64,000 nt of DNA from Callorhinchus milii. Its lineage: Eukaryota. This document shows, one piece after another, positions 51,393-64,000 of the stretch. Where the stretch lies: NCBI RefSeq assembly GCF_018977255.1, contig NW_024704742.1, positions 98,024,001 to 98,088,000 of the forward strand. The letters run 5' to 3'. Position 1 is the stretch's first letter, and each line of letters starts with the position of its first letter. Under the pieces are notes generated by a model, which searched no databases, was not told where the DNA came from, and saw nothing but the letters and a program-made list of their open reading frames with translations. Made by a program: the position numbers and the translations under genes.

Positions 51393-52532
51393 GCAAGTAT
51401 TCCTCAGTACCTTTGACGTCTGATTATTTATTTGATCTTTTGGGCTTCTCCCATGCAACAAATATGCTGTCTATGTTGACACTACAGTTCCCTTTAATTC
51501 CAATCCTCTTATCTAAAGTGTCTGTACTGACACCTGGTGACAGTATAAATAATTTCAAGGAACTAGGTAAACACATCTATACGCTGAATATATGTCTTAC
51601 AAAAATCTTCCCCAAAGAGATTACAAGAGAGGAATTTCATTTGATTTAACAGTACTTTAGTGGTTTAGAACATTTTCTTAATCCTCTACAGATAGTATAG
51701 CCTATTTAGCCAAATATATTTCGCTATTTCCAATACACAATATAACACAAAATCACATTTTATAGCGCTTTTCACCTTGGGAGGACATCCGAAGGTGCTG
51801 GAAACACAATATAAGATAACGGTGGTTGAATCAGATAGTGTATTCAAGAGGATGCTAAGTCTTCACATGAGGGAGAGAGGAATAGAAGACTTTGGGAGGG
51901 AGTAAGGATTGAGTGAAGACTTATGCGGAGTATAAATACTGACCTGGACTGATTGGGCTGAGTGACCTGTTTCCACGCTGTATATTCTTTGTAAATCTTT
52001 GCAGATATTTGGATTGCATTTGTTCTTTAAAAAGAGGCAGCAGAAAACGAGCTTTGAAATTAAGCCCGGATTTAAGAGTCTTCCAAAACGTCGCTATCAA
52101 TTCGCTTTGGAATGCTTAAAAGTGCCTCAAATGTTGAAGTAAAATGTGTCTCCACATCAAAGCCAATGGGGTGTTTATGTGCACTAAACAAAGTGCTGTA
52201 TTGAGAGAAACACAAGAGTTTGCGTCGCTAGCTTTAACCAGCTTTTAAACATTAGCAAGTCTTTTGCAGACTAAAATAGACTAAGACAGACAAGAAGAAA
52301 ACATTGATAATACAAACACTGACTAAGATACAAGAGTGATAAAATTGTTTCCAATGTTTTCAGAGTTGATGTGCAATGTGGTTACCAAAGGGATCGGTGG
52401 AGGCCAGGACATTGGGTTCATTTTAAGGAAACTTGATGCTGTAATGGGAATGGGGTATTCTAGAAGGATAAGATCAAATGGGCCAGAGGATCATCTTCAT
52501 TCAAACCTCTCTTATGATCCTATGTATTTCAG

Positions 52533-52704
52533 ATAGTGTGTCCTTATCAGACTCTTGGAAATCCCCTGAGCAAACTCACCAGCCTGAATAGCAAGCATTC
52601 ACATTTTATACTGGTGGATGATGGAACTGTTGGCAAGTATGGGAATGAAATGAAGCTCAGAAAAAAGCTGGAAAAATACATTGCTCTTCAGAGGATAAAT
52701 ACAC
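52533..52704 (+). CDS. TRPM6: TRPM6 coding exon 7
   Basis: ttcag|ATA GTG TGT...ACA C|gtaagt; [57 protein letters not shown]. Confidence 0.97.
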
Positions 52705-53782
52705 GTAAGTGCAGTCAAATTTTCATATCAATGATTCCCTCCACTCTTTATCCACAGCTACCCATTGTTGTACTAATGATTCAACGTTAAACTCAGCAAC
52801 TTTCTTGATCTCATATGTCCTCTACTGACATTCTTCAATTATCAGTATTCTTGGGCTCACTAGGATCTGACTGGATTTGATTTTCAAATTGAATTTGATT
52901 TGCAAATAGAAACCTCCAGTTGCGAATACTGAAAACTTACCATATTTACTATTATGATTTCTAAAAGTCAGCTGAATCCCAAAAGAATGCCAGAGTGCCT
53001 TGCATATGTGGAGAGATCTTTCTACAATCTCTTTCACTGCTGGACACAACACAAGAAAATGTATGTTGCCTGATAGCTGAGCTTTCCCTTTCTTCTAGCT
53101 TCCAATCACTCTTTCTCATACTCCTCTATTGTTCTTTTCTTTCTCTAATTCATAAATGCAGCTATAATCATTACGGTTACAATATTTTCCTTTTGTATCT
53201 ACTAGGCTCTAAATATGGCATGTTCCATAATCCTTCTCCTAGCTCCATCACCATTGTATTGAAATCAACACATATCGTCCATCTTCTACTGTAACTCATT
53301 CTTTGCCGTTAAGGCTGTGGAACTCCTTAGCCCTCTCAGTCATCTCTTATAAACTACGGCTATGATATTCAAGAATGGCGTCAATTTCTATGCTACTTGG
53401 CTTCTTTCCTTTTTTATTCTATTTTTAACCTCTGGGATACTCAAAATTCAAGTCTTGGCCTTTCACAGAGGTTTCTCAATGATTGAAAAGATGCGCAGGT
53501 AGTGAAGGGAGCGAGATGTGAAGATGTTTTTCTCGCAGTTGGATGAACAGCAGCTGTTGAATATCAAACGATTGAGAGTTTCATAACACAAATGGAAAAT
53601 GGGATTCATTTGCAAGTTCCTAACTTCTTTGGGGCCTAAAATGCAACAATTTCAATAAGATCTGAAATGGAGGATCCTTGCTTTTGGAAGTAAATTGTAA
53701 ATTTCTGACATTCAGGTTGATGTATTGTACTTTAATATATCAGAAAGATAGATAATAGAAGGAGATTCCATTTGTGTGACTC

Positions 53783-54355
53783 AACAACAACAACAAATTA
53801 TATTTGTATAGCACCCTTCACGTCAGGATGACATCCAAAGGCGCTGGACAGTCAGGGATCTGCACACGAGCTGGTGGTTGGGTTCAGGAGGGGTGGAGGG
53901 TTGGGGGAGTAGGGATAGGAGGGTGACTGAAAGCACGGTCGAAGAGGAGAGTCTTGAGATGCGTCTTCAAGGAGGCAAGTGAGGGGGCAAGGTCGAGAGA
54001 CTGTGGAATGGAGTTTCAGAGGATGGGGCAGAGAGGCTGAAGGCCAGTCCGCCAATGGTGGGTCGGCAAAGCGGGGGATGTGAAGCAGGCCGGAGCCCGG
54101 TGAGTGGAGGGAGCAGACAGATTTGTAGGGGGTTAGGAGGTAACAGAGGTATGGAGGAGTGTGGCCATGGAGGGCTTTCAAGTTGAGGACCACGATCTTG
54201 AACTGTATCCTCTGTGTTATGGGAAGCCAGTGGAGTTGGGCACGGATGGAGGTGATAGTGTCGTGGAGCCTGGTGCCGGAGAGGACACGGGCTGCAAAAG
54301 TTCTGGATGATCTGCAGCCTGTGGAGGGAGGAGTTGGGGTGGCTGACAAGCGGGG
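53783..54355 (-). mobile_element. L2 LINE 3' fragment
   Basis: AARVLSGTRLHDTITSIRAQLHWLPITQRIQFKIVVL; (TTG)n tail. Confidence 0.88.
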
Positions 54356-54742
54356 AGTTTGCCTGGGTGTGATGATTCAGTTATTTTATCAAAGAATCTT
54401 GACAGATTATCCCATTATAGATCCCTTTATATTAATTAATTTAACAATGATAAAATGTCTTACGTCTTTGAAAAAACTTGAACATTCAGTTTTACTTATT
54501 CTGGCTCTTTTCCATAAATCAGGATTACTTAAGAATGAAAAGAACTTGGTGCAGCTGTGACCCCAGGCATAGGAGTATGTATAGAAGATATTGGAACAGC
54601 AAAAAGCCTTGGTAGCTCAAATAAACATTCAAAATTGACCTACAGCACTGAATGCTCTACTATTTTCAGGATTTCTGGATGAGTTCACTGCATTTTACAT
54701 ATAAATCTTGGGTTAATAAGTTGTTGCTTTTATTTCAAACAG

Positions 54743-54917
54743 AAATGGGCCAAGGTGTCCCTATTGTGGGGCTGGTAATTGAAGGTGGTCCTAACGTGAT
54801 CCTGACAGTGTGGGAATATGTCAGGCATACTCCCCCCACACCTGTCGTTGTTTGTGAAGGAACAGGCAGGGCAGCCAATATCCTGGCTTTTACACATAAG
54901 CATACTGCAGATGGTAG
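54743..54917 (+). CDS. TRPM6: TRPM6 coding exon 8
   Basis: aacag|AA ATG GGC...GGT AG|gtatgt; [25 protein letters not shown]...[21 protein letters not shown]. Confidence 0.96.
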
Positions 54918-55833
54918 GTATGTTCCTGTTCATATATTCTCTCTTTCCCTCTGTATTCGTGTACTGTGTTTATAAAACAACAGTAATCCTTGCATTTGAT
55001 ATAGCACCTTCCACATCAGGAGAAAGTCTCAAAGCGTTTCACACGATTTACTTTAAAGTAGTGACTGTATTTTATAGGTGAATTTACTTGGATACAAAAT
55101 GTGTGTATACATATAACTTAGGCCATTTGAACAGTGAAATGGTTACTAGTATCATACAGTTTAATTGGTTACATAGAGATGTTTAAATAGAGTTGTCATA
55201 AATGCATGCAATCGGATTTTCAGTAATCAGCAGTTTATTGAAATATGCTTTCAAGGGTCATTTTCTTCCAGAAAACCTGCTCGACAGATATTTTAACAAA
55301 CATACAAGGTGTATCAGATTGAAGCATTGTTGTATCATTGACAGCATTCGAATGAAATTGACATAAGATTATTCTTATACTTCTGCCCTTAACAAAAATG
55401 TGTTGCCCAGCATATAATCTTGATGCCACTCATGTCCATTAGATGCCAATGCTACGGATCTTTTTGTTGCTGGAATTCCCATTATCTACACAGAATAAAA
55501 ATTTGCCTATCAAGAGTGATGAATACCTATTGGACCAAATTGCCTCTCTAAATATATATATATATATATATATGTTTCTACCCAGCATATTACTGGCCAT
55601 TACTGCATCCTCCATCGACCAGGGTTGCAATGATTTGATTTTGAGGTTTCAGTGTATTGTGCTACAATTAGTGAGTGTTCTTAACACTATGGCCAAGAAG
55701 TAGATCTTGATATTTTAAGAACTTGGTCATGAATTCAATAACATGTAAATAGCAGATCTCAGCTCAGACTGATTTCATTTGTTCACACCCTCTCTGATGG
55801 ACTATTTGACATGCACATTTACGTGTATTACAG

Positions 55834-55957
55834 ACACCTTTCTCCTGGGTTGGAGGATGAGCTAATACTGATGATACAGAAGACCTTCAATTTTGGACAG
55901 AAGCAATCCAATCATTTATTTAACATTCTTACAGAATGCATGGAGCACAGGGAATCG
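55834..55957 (+). CDS. TRPM6: TRPM6 coding exon 9
   Basis: tacag|A CAC CTT...TCG|gtgagt; LEDELILMIQKTFNFGQKQSNHLFNILTECMEHRES. Confidence 0.95.
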
Positions 55958-56744
55958 GTGAGTGCGTTCCAACCTGCAGCGATCTTGGGTAAAGTTTCAG
56001 AATGTTTATGTTTACATAGTTCAAGATCACAAGATTGGTTTGAGTGAAGAAGGCCCTTTTCCCCCTCTGATCCCATCCTTCCAGGATATCCATCCTATCA
56101 TCCTCCCATCACAACATCAAGCTGATTTGTAAATGAGTTCAGTGCCCTGGCCTCAACCACTCTGCATGGCCACCTGTTCCAGATGTTAATTACCCTCTGA
56201 GTAAAGCAGTATGCATGTGTCCAGTGCAGAGCAGCTTCATTGGTAAATATACTGTATCCAACAGATTGGGATGTCCTCCTGACATGAAAAGCGCTATACA
56301 AATGTAATTTTGTATTGTATTGTGCAACTTCAATTCGTGTGATATTTTTGGGCAGTGAGAGAATGTTTAATCCCTTGGGGTGAGACAAGTCAAGACTGGT
56401 GAATGGTGACCAGTGTTGGTGAATGGAATACATTTCCATTCCTGTTTTTCCTTCTTGACATTATACTCCCTTCCCAAATGTTGGGCTCCAAAGGACCGAT
56501 AGTAGTGGAGTTAACCACTCTATTGAAATCAGCTTATTCTGTTTGCCAGAATTTATATATAATGACCCATGAACAGAGGAACCAAAGTCCATTGTATTTT
56601 ATATTTGAAGCTTGTTTCCTTAGTAAATTATAATGTCAAAATAAATATCAAAATCCATAAGTTGTAGACTAAAAGTCTCAAGATCTCTTGTTTCAGATGG
56701 AAAATCTTGAACTAGTGAGTATTGTCTCTGGAACTGGCACCCCT

Positions 56745-56916
56745 GATAATCACTTCATGGCTGTTTGTGTGAAATTGTTGTGTGCAAATTGGCTGTCATG
56801 TTTGCCTACAAAATACACAGTCACTACACTTTACAGTAAATCCTGTAATGTGCTTTCAGACACCTTCCTGATGTGAAAGGCGCTATATCAAATGTAAGGC
56901 TTATTATTAATAATAA
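56745..56916 (+). mobile_element. SINE 3' half abutting the TRPM6 exon 10 acceptor
   Basis: CATGGCTGTTTGTGTG...GCAAATTGGCTG core, then GTGAAAGGCGCTATATCAAATGTAAGGCTTATTATTAATAATAA. Confidence 0.8.
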
Positions 56917-56934
56917 CTTCTGTTGTGAATACAG

Positions 56935-57007
56935 ATAACAATTTTTGACACAGAGTCAGAAGACCAACAGGACATTGATTTAGCAATCCTGACCGCTCTT
57001 CTGAAAG
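56935..57007 (+). CDS. TRPM6: TRPM6 coding exon 10
   Basis: tacag|ATA ACA ATT...AAA G|gtactt; [24 protein letters not shown]. Confidence 0.95.
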
Positions 57008-57116
57008 GTACTTATTCTCATGTTAAATCTTGCAGATTCCTAAAGCTTACCTAATGAACTTTGTAATAGAATTTAGTTTTATATTGGAAACCTACAATGT
57101 TATTTTGCTTCTAAAG

Positions 57117-57217
57117 GTACAAATGCTTCAGCATCAGACCAGCTAAGTCTGACGCTGGCTTGGGACAGAGTTGACATTGCCAAGAAAAATGTTTTGGTTT
57201 ACGGACAACATTGGAAG
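57117..57217 (+). CDS. TRPM6: TRPM6 coding exon 11
   Basis: taaag|GT ACA AAT...AAG|gtattt; [33 protein letters not shown]. Confidence 0.96.
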
Positions 57218-57277
57218 GTATTTCAATATATACTGTGTTAAAATTGATCATGCACTTCATGGCTGATTGGGAGACAT

Positions 57278-60200
57278 AAAAAAAAAGCGAGAAATTTAAA
57301 AAGTGTTACATCAGAACGACGTCAGTATCAACAGTAAACTAACAACTATCAACACATTACACATCATGGACTTAACTTGATCAACTTAATTGGATCAACT
57401 TGATTAAATTAAAACTTAATTAACTTAACCTAATTAACTTAAGTTAACTAATTAACTAACTCAAGTTGGAAGAGGTGACAATGGCCCGGCAGTGTTATGT
57501 GAGGAGTGTGACATGTGGGAGCTGATGGAGGGCAGTCTGACCCCGGGTGACCACATCTGCAGAAGATGTCTGCAACTGAGCTGAGCTGAGCTGGAGTCCG
57601 AGGTGCAGACACTACGGAGTATCAGAGACAGTGAGTGCTTCCTGGATAGCTACATCCTGGAACCAATCACTCCCCTGAAGGAATATACACTCAACATTGA
57701 TTATGGTCAGGATAGGTCAATGGACAGTCAGGAGGTCAGGGGGATAATGGAAAGAATGGTAGTAAATCCGGCATTAACCTTGAACAACAGGTATGAGATC
57801 CTTGGAACTTGTCTCAACAAGGAAGCCGGTGAGGTGGAAGGAAAAGCTACCTCTAACACTGGGGCAAAAGAGCAGATGGTTGTCGTCATTGGGAATGAGA
57901 CTATTAGGCAGACAGACACAATCATCTGCAACACCAACCAAAACACCAGAAGGCTTTGCTGCCTCCCTGGGACCGGGGTGAAGGATGTCTCGGCAGGGCT
58001 AGAGGATAATTTAAAATATGAGGGCAAGGATCCATTGGTGGTATTTCACATAGGTACCAATGACATTAGTAGAGTTGGCCAAGATGACTTGAGAAGGGAA
58101 TTCAAAGAGCTGGGGTCCAAATTGAAGTCAAGATCATCGAAGGTGGTAATATCGGGACTACTTCCTGTATCATACGACAATTGGTACAGGAACAAACAAA
58201 TTAAGGACTTGAACGCATGGCTAAACGAGTGGTGCGTAACTCAGGGGTTTCTTTTTATGGGCCATTGGCATGAGTATTGGGGGAAAAGAGCTCTTTCAGA
58301 GCAATGGGCTGCATTTAAATCGGGCTGGGACAAATGTCCTAGCTAAACAAATTAATAGGGAGGTAAATAGGAATTTAAACTAGTAAAGGGGGGGAATATA
58401 TCGGTAAGAGAAACCATAAGTTAGCATTAGAAAAAGTAAAGATGACAGTGCAGAATAGCATGCCAGATAATAGGAATATGTTAACTAGGGGTAAGAAGCT
58501 TGGCAAAGCAGATAAGGAATCAGAGAGTACAGGAAATGTTAGGAAATTAAAAATGTTATATTTGAATGTGCGAAGCATTCGGAATAAAACTGATGAATTA
58601 AAAGCACAGATAGACACATGTGGGTATGATCTAGTAGCCATCACTGAAACATGGTTACAAGGAGATCTAGGGTGGGAGTTAAATATTCCAGGGTTCTCAG
58701 TTTACAGGAAAGATAGGCACTGTGGGAAACGAGGTGGTGGTTGTGGGTGGGGGGGTGGCCCTGTTAATTAGGGATGAAATAAAAGCAGTGGAGAGAAAGG
58801 ATCTGAAATCTGATGACCAGGAGGTTGAGACAATATGGTTGGAAATAAAAAATAATGAAGGGCAGAAAATATTAATGGGAGTGGTTTATAGACCCCCAAA
58901 CAGCGATCACAATGCAGCACAGGGTATCAACCAAGAAATCAGTGGAGCGTGTAGGATAGGTAAAGCGATCATAATAGGTGATTTCAATCTCCACATAGAT
59001 TGGGAAAACCAAATCAGCAAAAGTAGGTCAGAAGAAGAGTTCATTGAGTGTATGAGAAATAACTCTCTAGAGCAGCATGCCAAGGAACCAACTAGGGGAC
59101 AGGCCATCCTAGACCTTGTTTTGTGTAACAAAACAGGGCTTGTCGGCAGTGTAAGTATTAAGACTCCTCTAGGGCAGAGTGATCACAATATGATTGAATT
59201 CTGCATTAAGTTAGAGAGGGATATAGTTAAATCCGAGGCAAGTATTCTGAATTTAAATAAGGCTAATTTTGTAGGTATGAGGAAAGATTTAGGTAAAATA
59301 GACTGGAGAATAAGATTAAGAAGTAAAAATGTAGACCAACAGTGGCAAATATTTAAGGATGTAGTGCAAAATTCTCAGCGGTCGCATATTCCCTTGCGGA
59401 ATAAGAGTACCACAGGGAAAGCAATTCATCCGTGGCTAACTAGAGCAGTTAGGGAAAGCATCAAATTAAAAGAAAAGACTGATAAAACTGCCAAGAAAAG
59501 CAGCAAATCTGAAGATTGGGAGAGTTTTAGAAATCAGCAAAATAAAACTAAAAAACTCATTAAGAGTGAGAAAAAGGAGTATGAGGGTAAGCTAACCAGG
59601 AACATTAAGTCAGATTGTAAAAGTTTTTACAAATATATTAAGAGGAATAGGCTAGTGAGGGTAAATGAAGGTCCACTTCAGTCAGAGATGGGAGAAGTTG
59701 TAATGGGGGATAAGGACATGGCAGAGTCCCTAAATGGGTACTTTGCATCTGTCTTCACCCTAGAAGACACAACAAGTCTGCCAACAATAGAGATGCAGCA
59801 AGGGGATAAGGACAGGGAGCAACTTAGGGAAATTTTAATTAGTAGAGAATTGGTGCTAGAGAAACTGTTAGCACTAAAATCCCCTGGTCTGGATGGCTTG
59901 CCTCCCAGGGTTTTAAAAGAGGTAGCTTATGAGATAGTGGAGGCCTTATGTCTGATCTTCCAAAATTTCTTTGATTCTGGAACAGTCCCCATGGATTGGA
60001 AGATCGCAAATGTCACACCACTATTTAAAAAAGGTGGAAAGGAAAAGATGTGGAACTATAGGCCAGTTAGTCTCACATCAGTGATAGGAAACATTTTAGA
60101 ATCATTGATTAAGGATGTGGTAGTCTGGTATTTAGGGAGCACAATATAATTACGCCAAGTCAACATGGCTTTACAAAAGGGAAGTCTTGTTTGACAAATC

Positions 60201-61460
60201 TCATAGAATTCTTTGAGGCTATTTCGAGTAAACTAGATAAGAGTGAATCAGTGGATGTGGTCTATTTGGACTTCCAGAAGGCATTCGATAAGGTGCCGCA
60301 TAAAAGGTTAGTCCAAAAGGTAAGTGCCCATGGAATTGGGGGGAGCATATTAACGTGGATTGGGGAATGGTTAACGGGTAGAAAACAAAGAGTAGGGATA
60401 AACGGGTCCTTTACAGATTGGCGGGATGTGACTAGTGGAGTGCCACAAGGATCAGTCCTTAGGCCTCAGCTATTTACCATCTACATCAACGATCTAGATG
60501 AGGACATCGAAGTTAATATATCTAAATTCGTGGATGACACAAAACTAGGAGGAATTGTGAACACAGAGGACGACATTAAAAAAATGCAGCGAGATATAGA
60601 TAGGTTAGGTGATTGGGCAGGTGGGTGGTAGATGACGTATAATGTAGGGACGTGCGAAGTCATCCACCTAGGTAGCAAAAACAGTAGAGCGGGTTATTTT
60701 TTAGAAGGGGAGAGATGGGAATGTGTTAGCGTCCAGAGGGACTTGGGTGTCCTTGTACACCAATCACAGAAAGTTAGTCTGCAGGTGCAGCAGCAATTAG
60801 GAAGGCGAACGGTATGTTAGCATTCATTATGAAAGGATTAGAGTGTAAAGGTAGGGAAGTCTTGCTGCAACTGTATAGGGCCCTGGTGAGACCACACCTG
60901 GAATACTGTGTGCAGTTTTGGTCTCCTTATTTAAGGAAGGATGCACTTGCCTTGGAGGAGGTGCAGCATAGATTTACTAGGTTAGTACCAGGGATGAAGG
61001 GGATGTGTTACGAGGATAGGCTGACCAATTTTGGCTTATATTCTCTAGAATATAGAAGAATTAGAGGGTATCTTATAGAAACCTATAAGATCATCAAAGG
61101 GCATGATAGAGTAGATAGTGGGAGATTGTTTCCCCTGGTTGGAGAAACTAAAACCAGGGGTCACAACCTTAAAATCAGAAGCCAGCCCTTTCGCACTGAG
61201 TTGAGGAAGAACTTCTTCACTCAAAGGGTGGTGAATGTATGGAACTCACTACCCCAAAGGGCTGTTAATGCTCAGTCCTTGAACATATTCAAGACTGAGA
61301 TAGATATATTTCTTATTGCAAAAGGGATTAAGGGATATGGGGATAAGGCATGGTTATGGTATTAGCTGGAGTTAGATTAGAAGATCAGCGATGATTGAAT
61401 GGCGGGGCAGGCTTGAAGGGCCGAATGGCCGACTCCTGCCCCTACATGTTATGTTATGTT
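57278..61460 (+). mobile_element. Near-full-length CR1 LINE (ORF1 zinc finger + SGNH esterase; ORF2 AP endonuclease + RT), inactivated
   Basis: ORF1 CEEC-x16-CRRC (~57498-57570), CCLPG and HIGTND; ORF2 YLNVRSI, ITETW, GVVYRPP, GDFN, SDH, NYRPVSLTS, PQGS, FVDD; frameshifts near 58740, 60140 and 60800, stop at 60629; (ATGTT)3 tail. Confidence 0.96.
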
Positions 61461-61911
61461 ACATTCCTGTGGGCAAATTGGCTGCCACGTTCAACTACAA
61501 AATGCACACTCTACAGTGTATCCTCTGAAGTGCTTTGCGTTGTCCTCCCAATGTGATTGGCACTATATCAAATGCCAAGATTACTATTATTTTATTAAAA
61601 GGGGGAACATTTTTACAGATTTCTAAAATACTTTGTGCCCTTGTAGGTGAGGGACTACAACCCTCAACCTCCATCTTCCTGATGCAAACATTTAGAACAT
61701 TTCATGTAGGAGAACATCTCAAAGTACTTCACACAGACCATGTGGACCAAGACCCTGAAACTTTGTACTGATATGATTCGCAGTGCAAATTATTTTATTA
61801 AATATACCTCACACCTCACATGAGGTGTTAACCAGTTTCCCTGAAGTTTCTTTCTAAGGGTGAGACACCCTCTTTAAGAATAAGAACAATGCTTTTATCT
61901 GAATGGTGCAG

Positions 61912-62046
61912 GTTGGATCCCTGGAACAGGCCATGCTCGATGCTCTGTTGATGGATCGTGTGGATTTTGTGAAGCTGCTGCTAGAGAACGGTGTGAGCAT
62001 ACATCACTTCCTCACCATCTCCAGACTCCAAGAGCTCTACTACATG
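61912..62046 (+). CDS. TRPM6: TRPM6 coding exon 12
   Basis: tgcag|GTT GGA...TAC ATG|gtctgt; [45 protein letters not shown]. Confidence 0.95.
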
Positions 62047-62879
62047 GTCTGTACATCATTGTTCTCCAAAAGCACAGACTTCCTTGTTTAAAACTTTTTT
62101 TGTGCTGCTGTGCGGAATGACTTCTAGTCAACCCAAATCAATTGGGATTTAAGTGATGCATATGAAAGAAGGAATTTGATTAATATGGGGGGTGGAGGGG
62201 GGTTGGGCAGAGTGGGGGAGTAGAGAGCTTTTTAAAATAAATATCTGACATTCAGAGAATGATTTCTCTCAGCGCTGCTGTAGTCTCAATGCTGGACAAC
62301 ATGCTTTGTCTAAGTGAGGGAGGATTCTGGCCACTGTTGTTCCCAGTCGTGTGAGCAGTTATTCAATGCTGCTTCACCGCACAATGGTTTAATTGTACTG
62401 CCCCAACCTGGATTACCAATTCTATTTCAGATCTGGATGGAGCCAGTGATTATTGTTCAATACAATAGGAAACGTGAGCTACATCAATATTGACTTACAA
62501 ATATTTAATTCCACAGAAACAAGGTCCCGCTAATCTCCTGCTGCATCACCTTGTCGGAGATTTGAAACAGGTAAATCCAGGAACAGATTAAAGAGATATC
62601 TGGCCTCAGGCTCTTTTCCACCTTAAGTGCTTTTGTGGGTTCTTAATGATAAACTGCTTACCAGATACATCTGTTCTCAGTGCTAACATTTTTACAAGGT
62701 TCTGCCTTTAAAATCCAATTACCACATGATTCAGGAAGTATAGTACAAAATTACATTTGTATAGAACCTTTCACATTGGGAGGATGTCTGAATGCTGTAG
62801 TTATATCTATGTGATGATTGTGGGGCCACCAAATTAACAACGCAGCATACTTTGTTAATTTACCTCCAAATACCTGAAA

Positions 62880-63177
62880 AATCAGTGGTTAGAGCCCTCG
62901 CCTTGCAAGCCAGAGATCTGGGTTCGATTCCCAGCAGGTCGAAACCTTGGGCAAGTTTCCTTATTCCACACGCCTGATAATAATCCCTTAAGAAAAAAAA
63001 AAATAATTTGGTCACTCAAACCATGACTGTTTGTGGGACACTGCTGTGCGCACTTGGCTGCTGCATTTGGCGCACAAATATACAGTCAATTCACTTTACA
63101 GTATATTCTGTGAAGCGCTTTGAGACGTCTAAAATATGTGAAAAGCGCTATATCAAATGCAAGGATTATTATTATTA
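62880..63177 (+). mobile_element. tRNA(Ala)-like SINE
   Basis: TCAGTGGTTAGAGCCCTCGCCTTGCAAG...GGGTTCGATTCCC head, core, (TTA)n tail. Confidence 0.9.
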
Positions 63178-63239
63178 AATACTTCTGCTCTCTCTGATTC
63201 TTTTGAGGCTATTACTTGGTACATTTTATCATTGCCATG

Positions 63240-63900
63240 ACCCACTCTGCCTTCCCCCACCTCCGCAACGTCACTTGGCTCTGCCACTGCTTCACCCCTT
63301 AGGCCGCCGAAACATTTATGTACTCATCCACACATTCATCACATCTAGGCTCAACTACACCAACTCCCTACTTGTTGACCTTCCCAACTCTTCCTCCCAC
63401 AAGCTGCAGATCATCCAGAACTCTGCAGCTTGTGTCCTCTCCTGCACCAGGCTCCGTGACCCCATCACCCCCACCCTCGCCTGGCTCCCCATCCCCCAGA
63501 GGACAGAGTTCAAAATCCTCTACAGTCTTGCCCCTCCCTACCTCTGCGACCTGCTGACCCCATATCAACCTATCTACTCCTTCCACTCAACAGGGTCTGG
63601 CCTACTCAATGTCCCCTGCCTGGGCTGCTCCACCATCGACGGCTGGGCTTTCAGCCTTTCTGCCTCCACCCTACAAAACTCTATCCCAGATTCCCTTCGT
63701 CTCGCTCCCTCACTCGCCTCCTTCAAGGTGCGTCTCAAAACCCTCCTCTTCGACCGAGCCTTCGGCGACCCACTGAAAATCTTGCCCTCCACCCTCCCTG
63801 ATCCCGACCCCCAGTTCGGGTCCAAATTTCTGACTGTCCAGCACCTTGAGACATCCTCCCAATGTGAAAGGCTCTATACAAATGTAATTTTGTACTGTAC
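63240..63900 (+). mobile_element. L2 LINE 3' fragment
   Basis: LIHTFITSRLNYTNSLL...LQIIQNSAACVL...WLPIPQR...FKVRLKTLLFDRAF. Confidence 0.9.
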
Positions 63901-64000
63901 TGCCTGGATCATGTGGTAATTTGGATTTTAAAGGCAGATCCTTGGTCTCAATGTGAAGTTATGTAGCTTTGACAAACACATAAGATATTCCACATGCGTA

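Noticed and set aside
52030..52270. CpG-retaining patch with a weak inverted repeat in TRPM6 intron 6
   Set aside because: The pairing is too degenerate and I saw no second copy, so I cannot support a call
57603..61365. Active or domesticated retrotransposon gene
   Set aside because: Several frameshifts, an internal stop and a disrupted ORF1 indicate neutral decay
44916..62046. TRPM7 instead of TRPM6
   Set aside because: Motifs such as DTKLD, TEGIN, GNEMKLR and ITIFDxxSE-QQD, plus linkage to C9orf40 and CARNMT1, fit TRPM6 as I recall it; a phylogeny would confirm

Overview
Eukaryotic (vertebrate) genomic DNA. The CR1/L2/Deu-type SINE repeat content suggests a cartilaginous fish (inference). 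Three genes lie on the + strand in the same order as the human 9q21 block as I recall it. (1) CARNMT1 (carnosine N-methyltransferase): coding exons 2-8 at 11531-24974; exon 1 was not found and is probably upstream of the window. (2) A two-exon C9orf40 orthologue (28039-28491 + 30034-30210, 209 aa) that the ORF track shows only in part. (3) The 5' part of TRPM6 (Mg2+ channel-kinase): 12 coding exons at 44916-62046, continuing beyond the window. Introns and intergenic DNA are packed with CR1 and L2 LINE fragments, tRNA-headed SINEs, one near-full-length decayed CR1 (57278-61460), a 3.2-kb CA-rich satellite, two GC-rich minisatellites and small palindromic elements. I see no clear evidence of a wholly new multi-gene system. 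The most unusual signals are a 22-bp minisatellite translated through all three frames inside C9orf40 exon 1, an ATG-only TRPM6 first exon preceded by an AUG-stop minimal uORF, a GC-donor intron in TRPM6, and an unclassified dispersed repeat family. Gene calls rest on my own translation and recalled orthologue sequences; no database search was run. Repeat boundaries are approximate.
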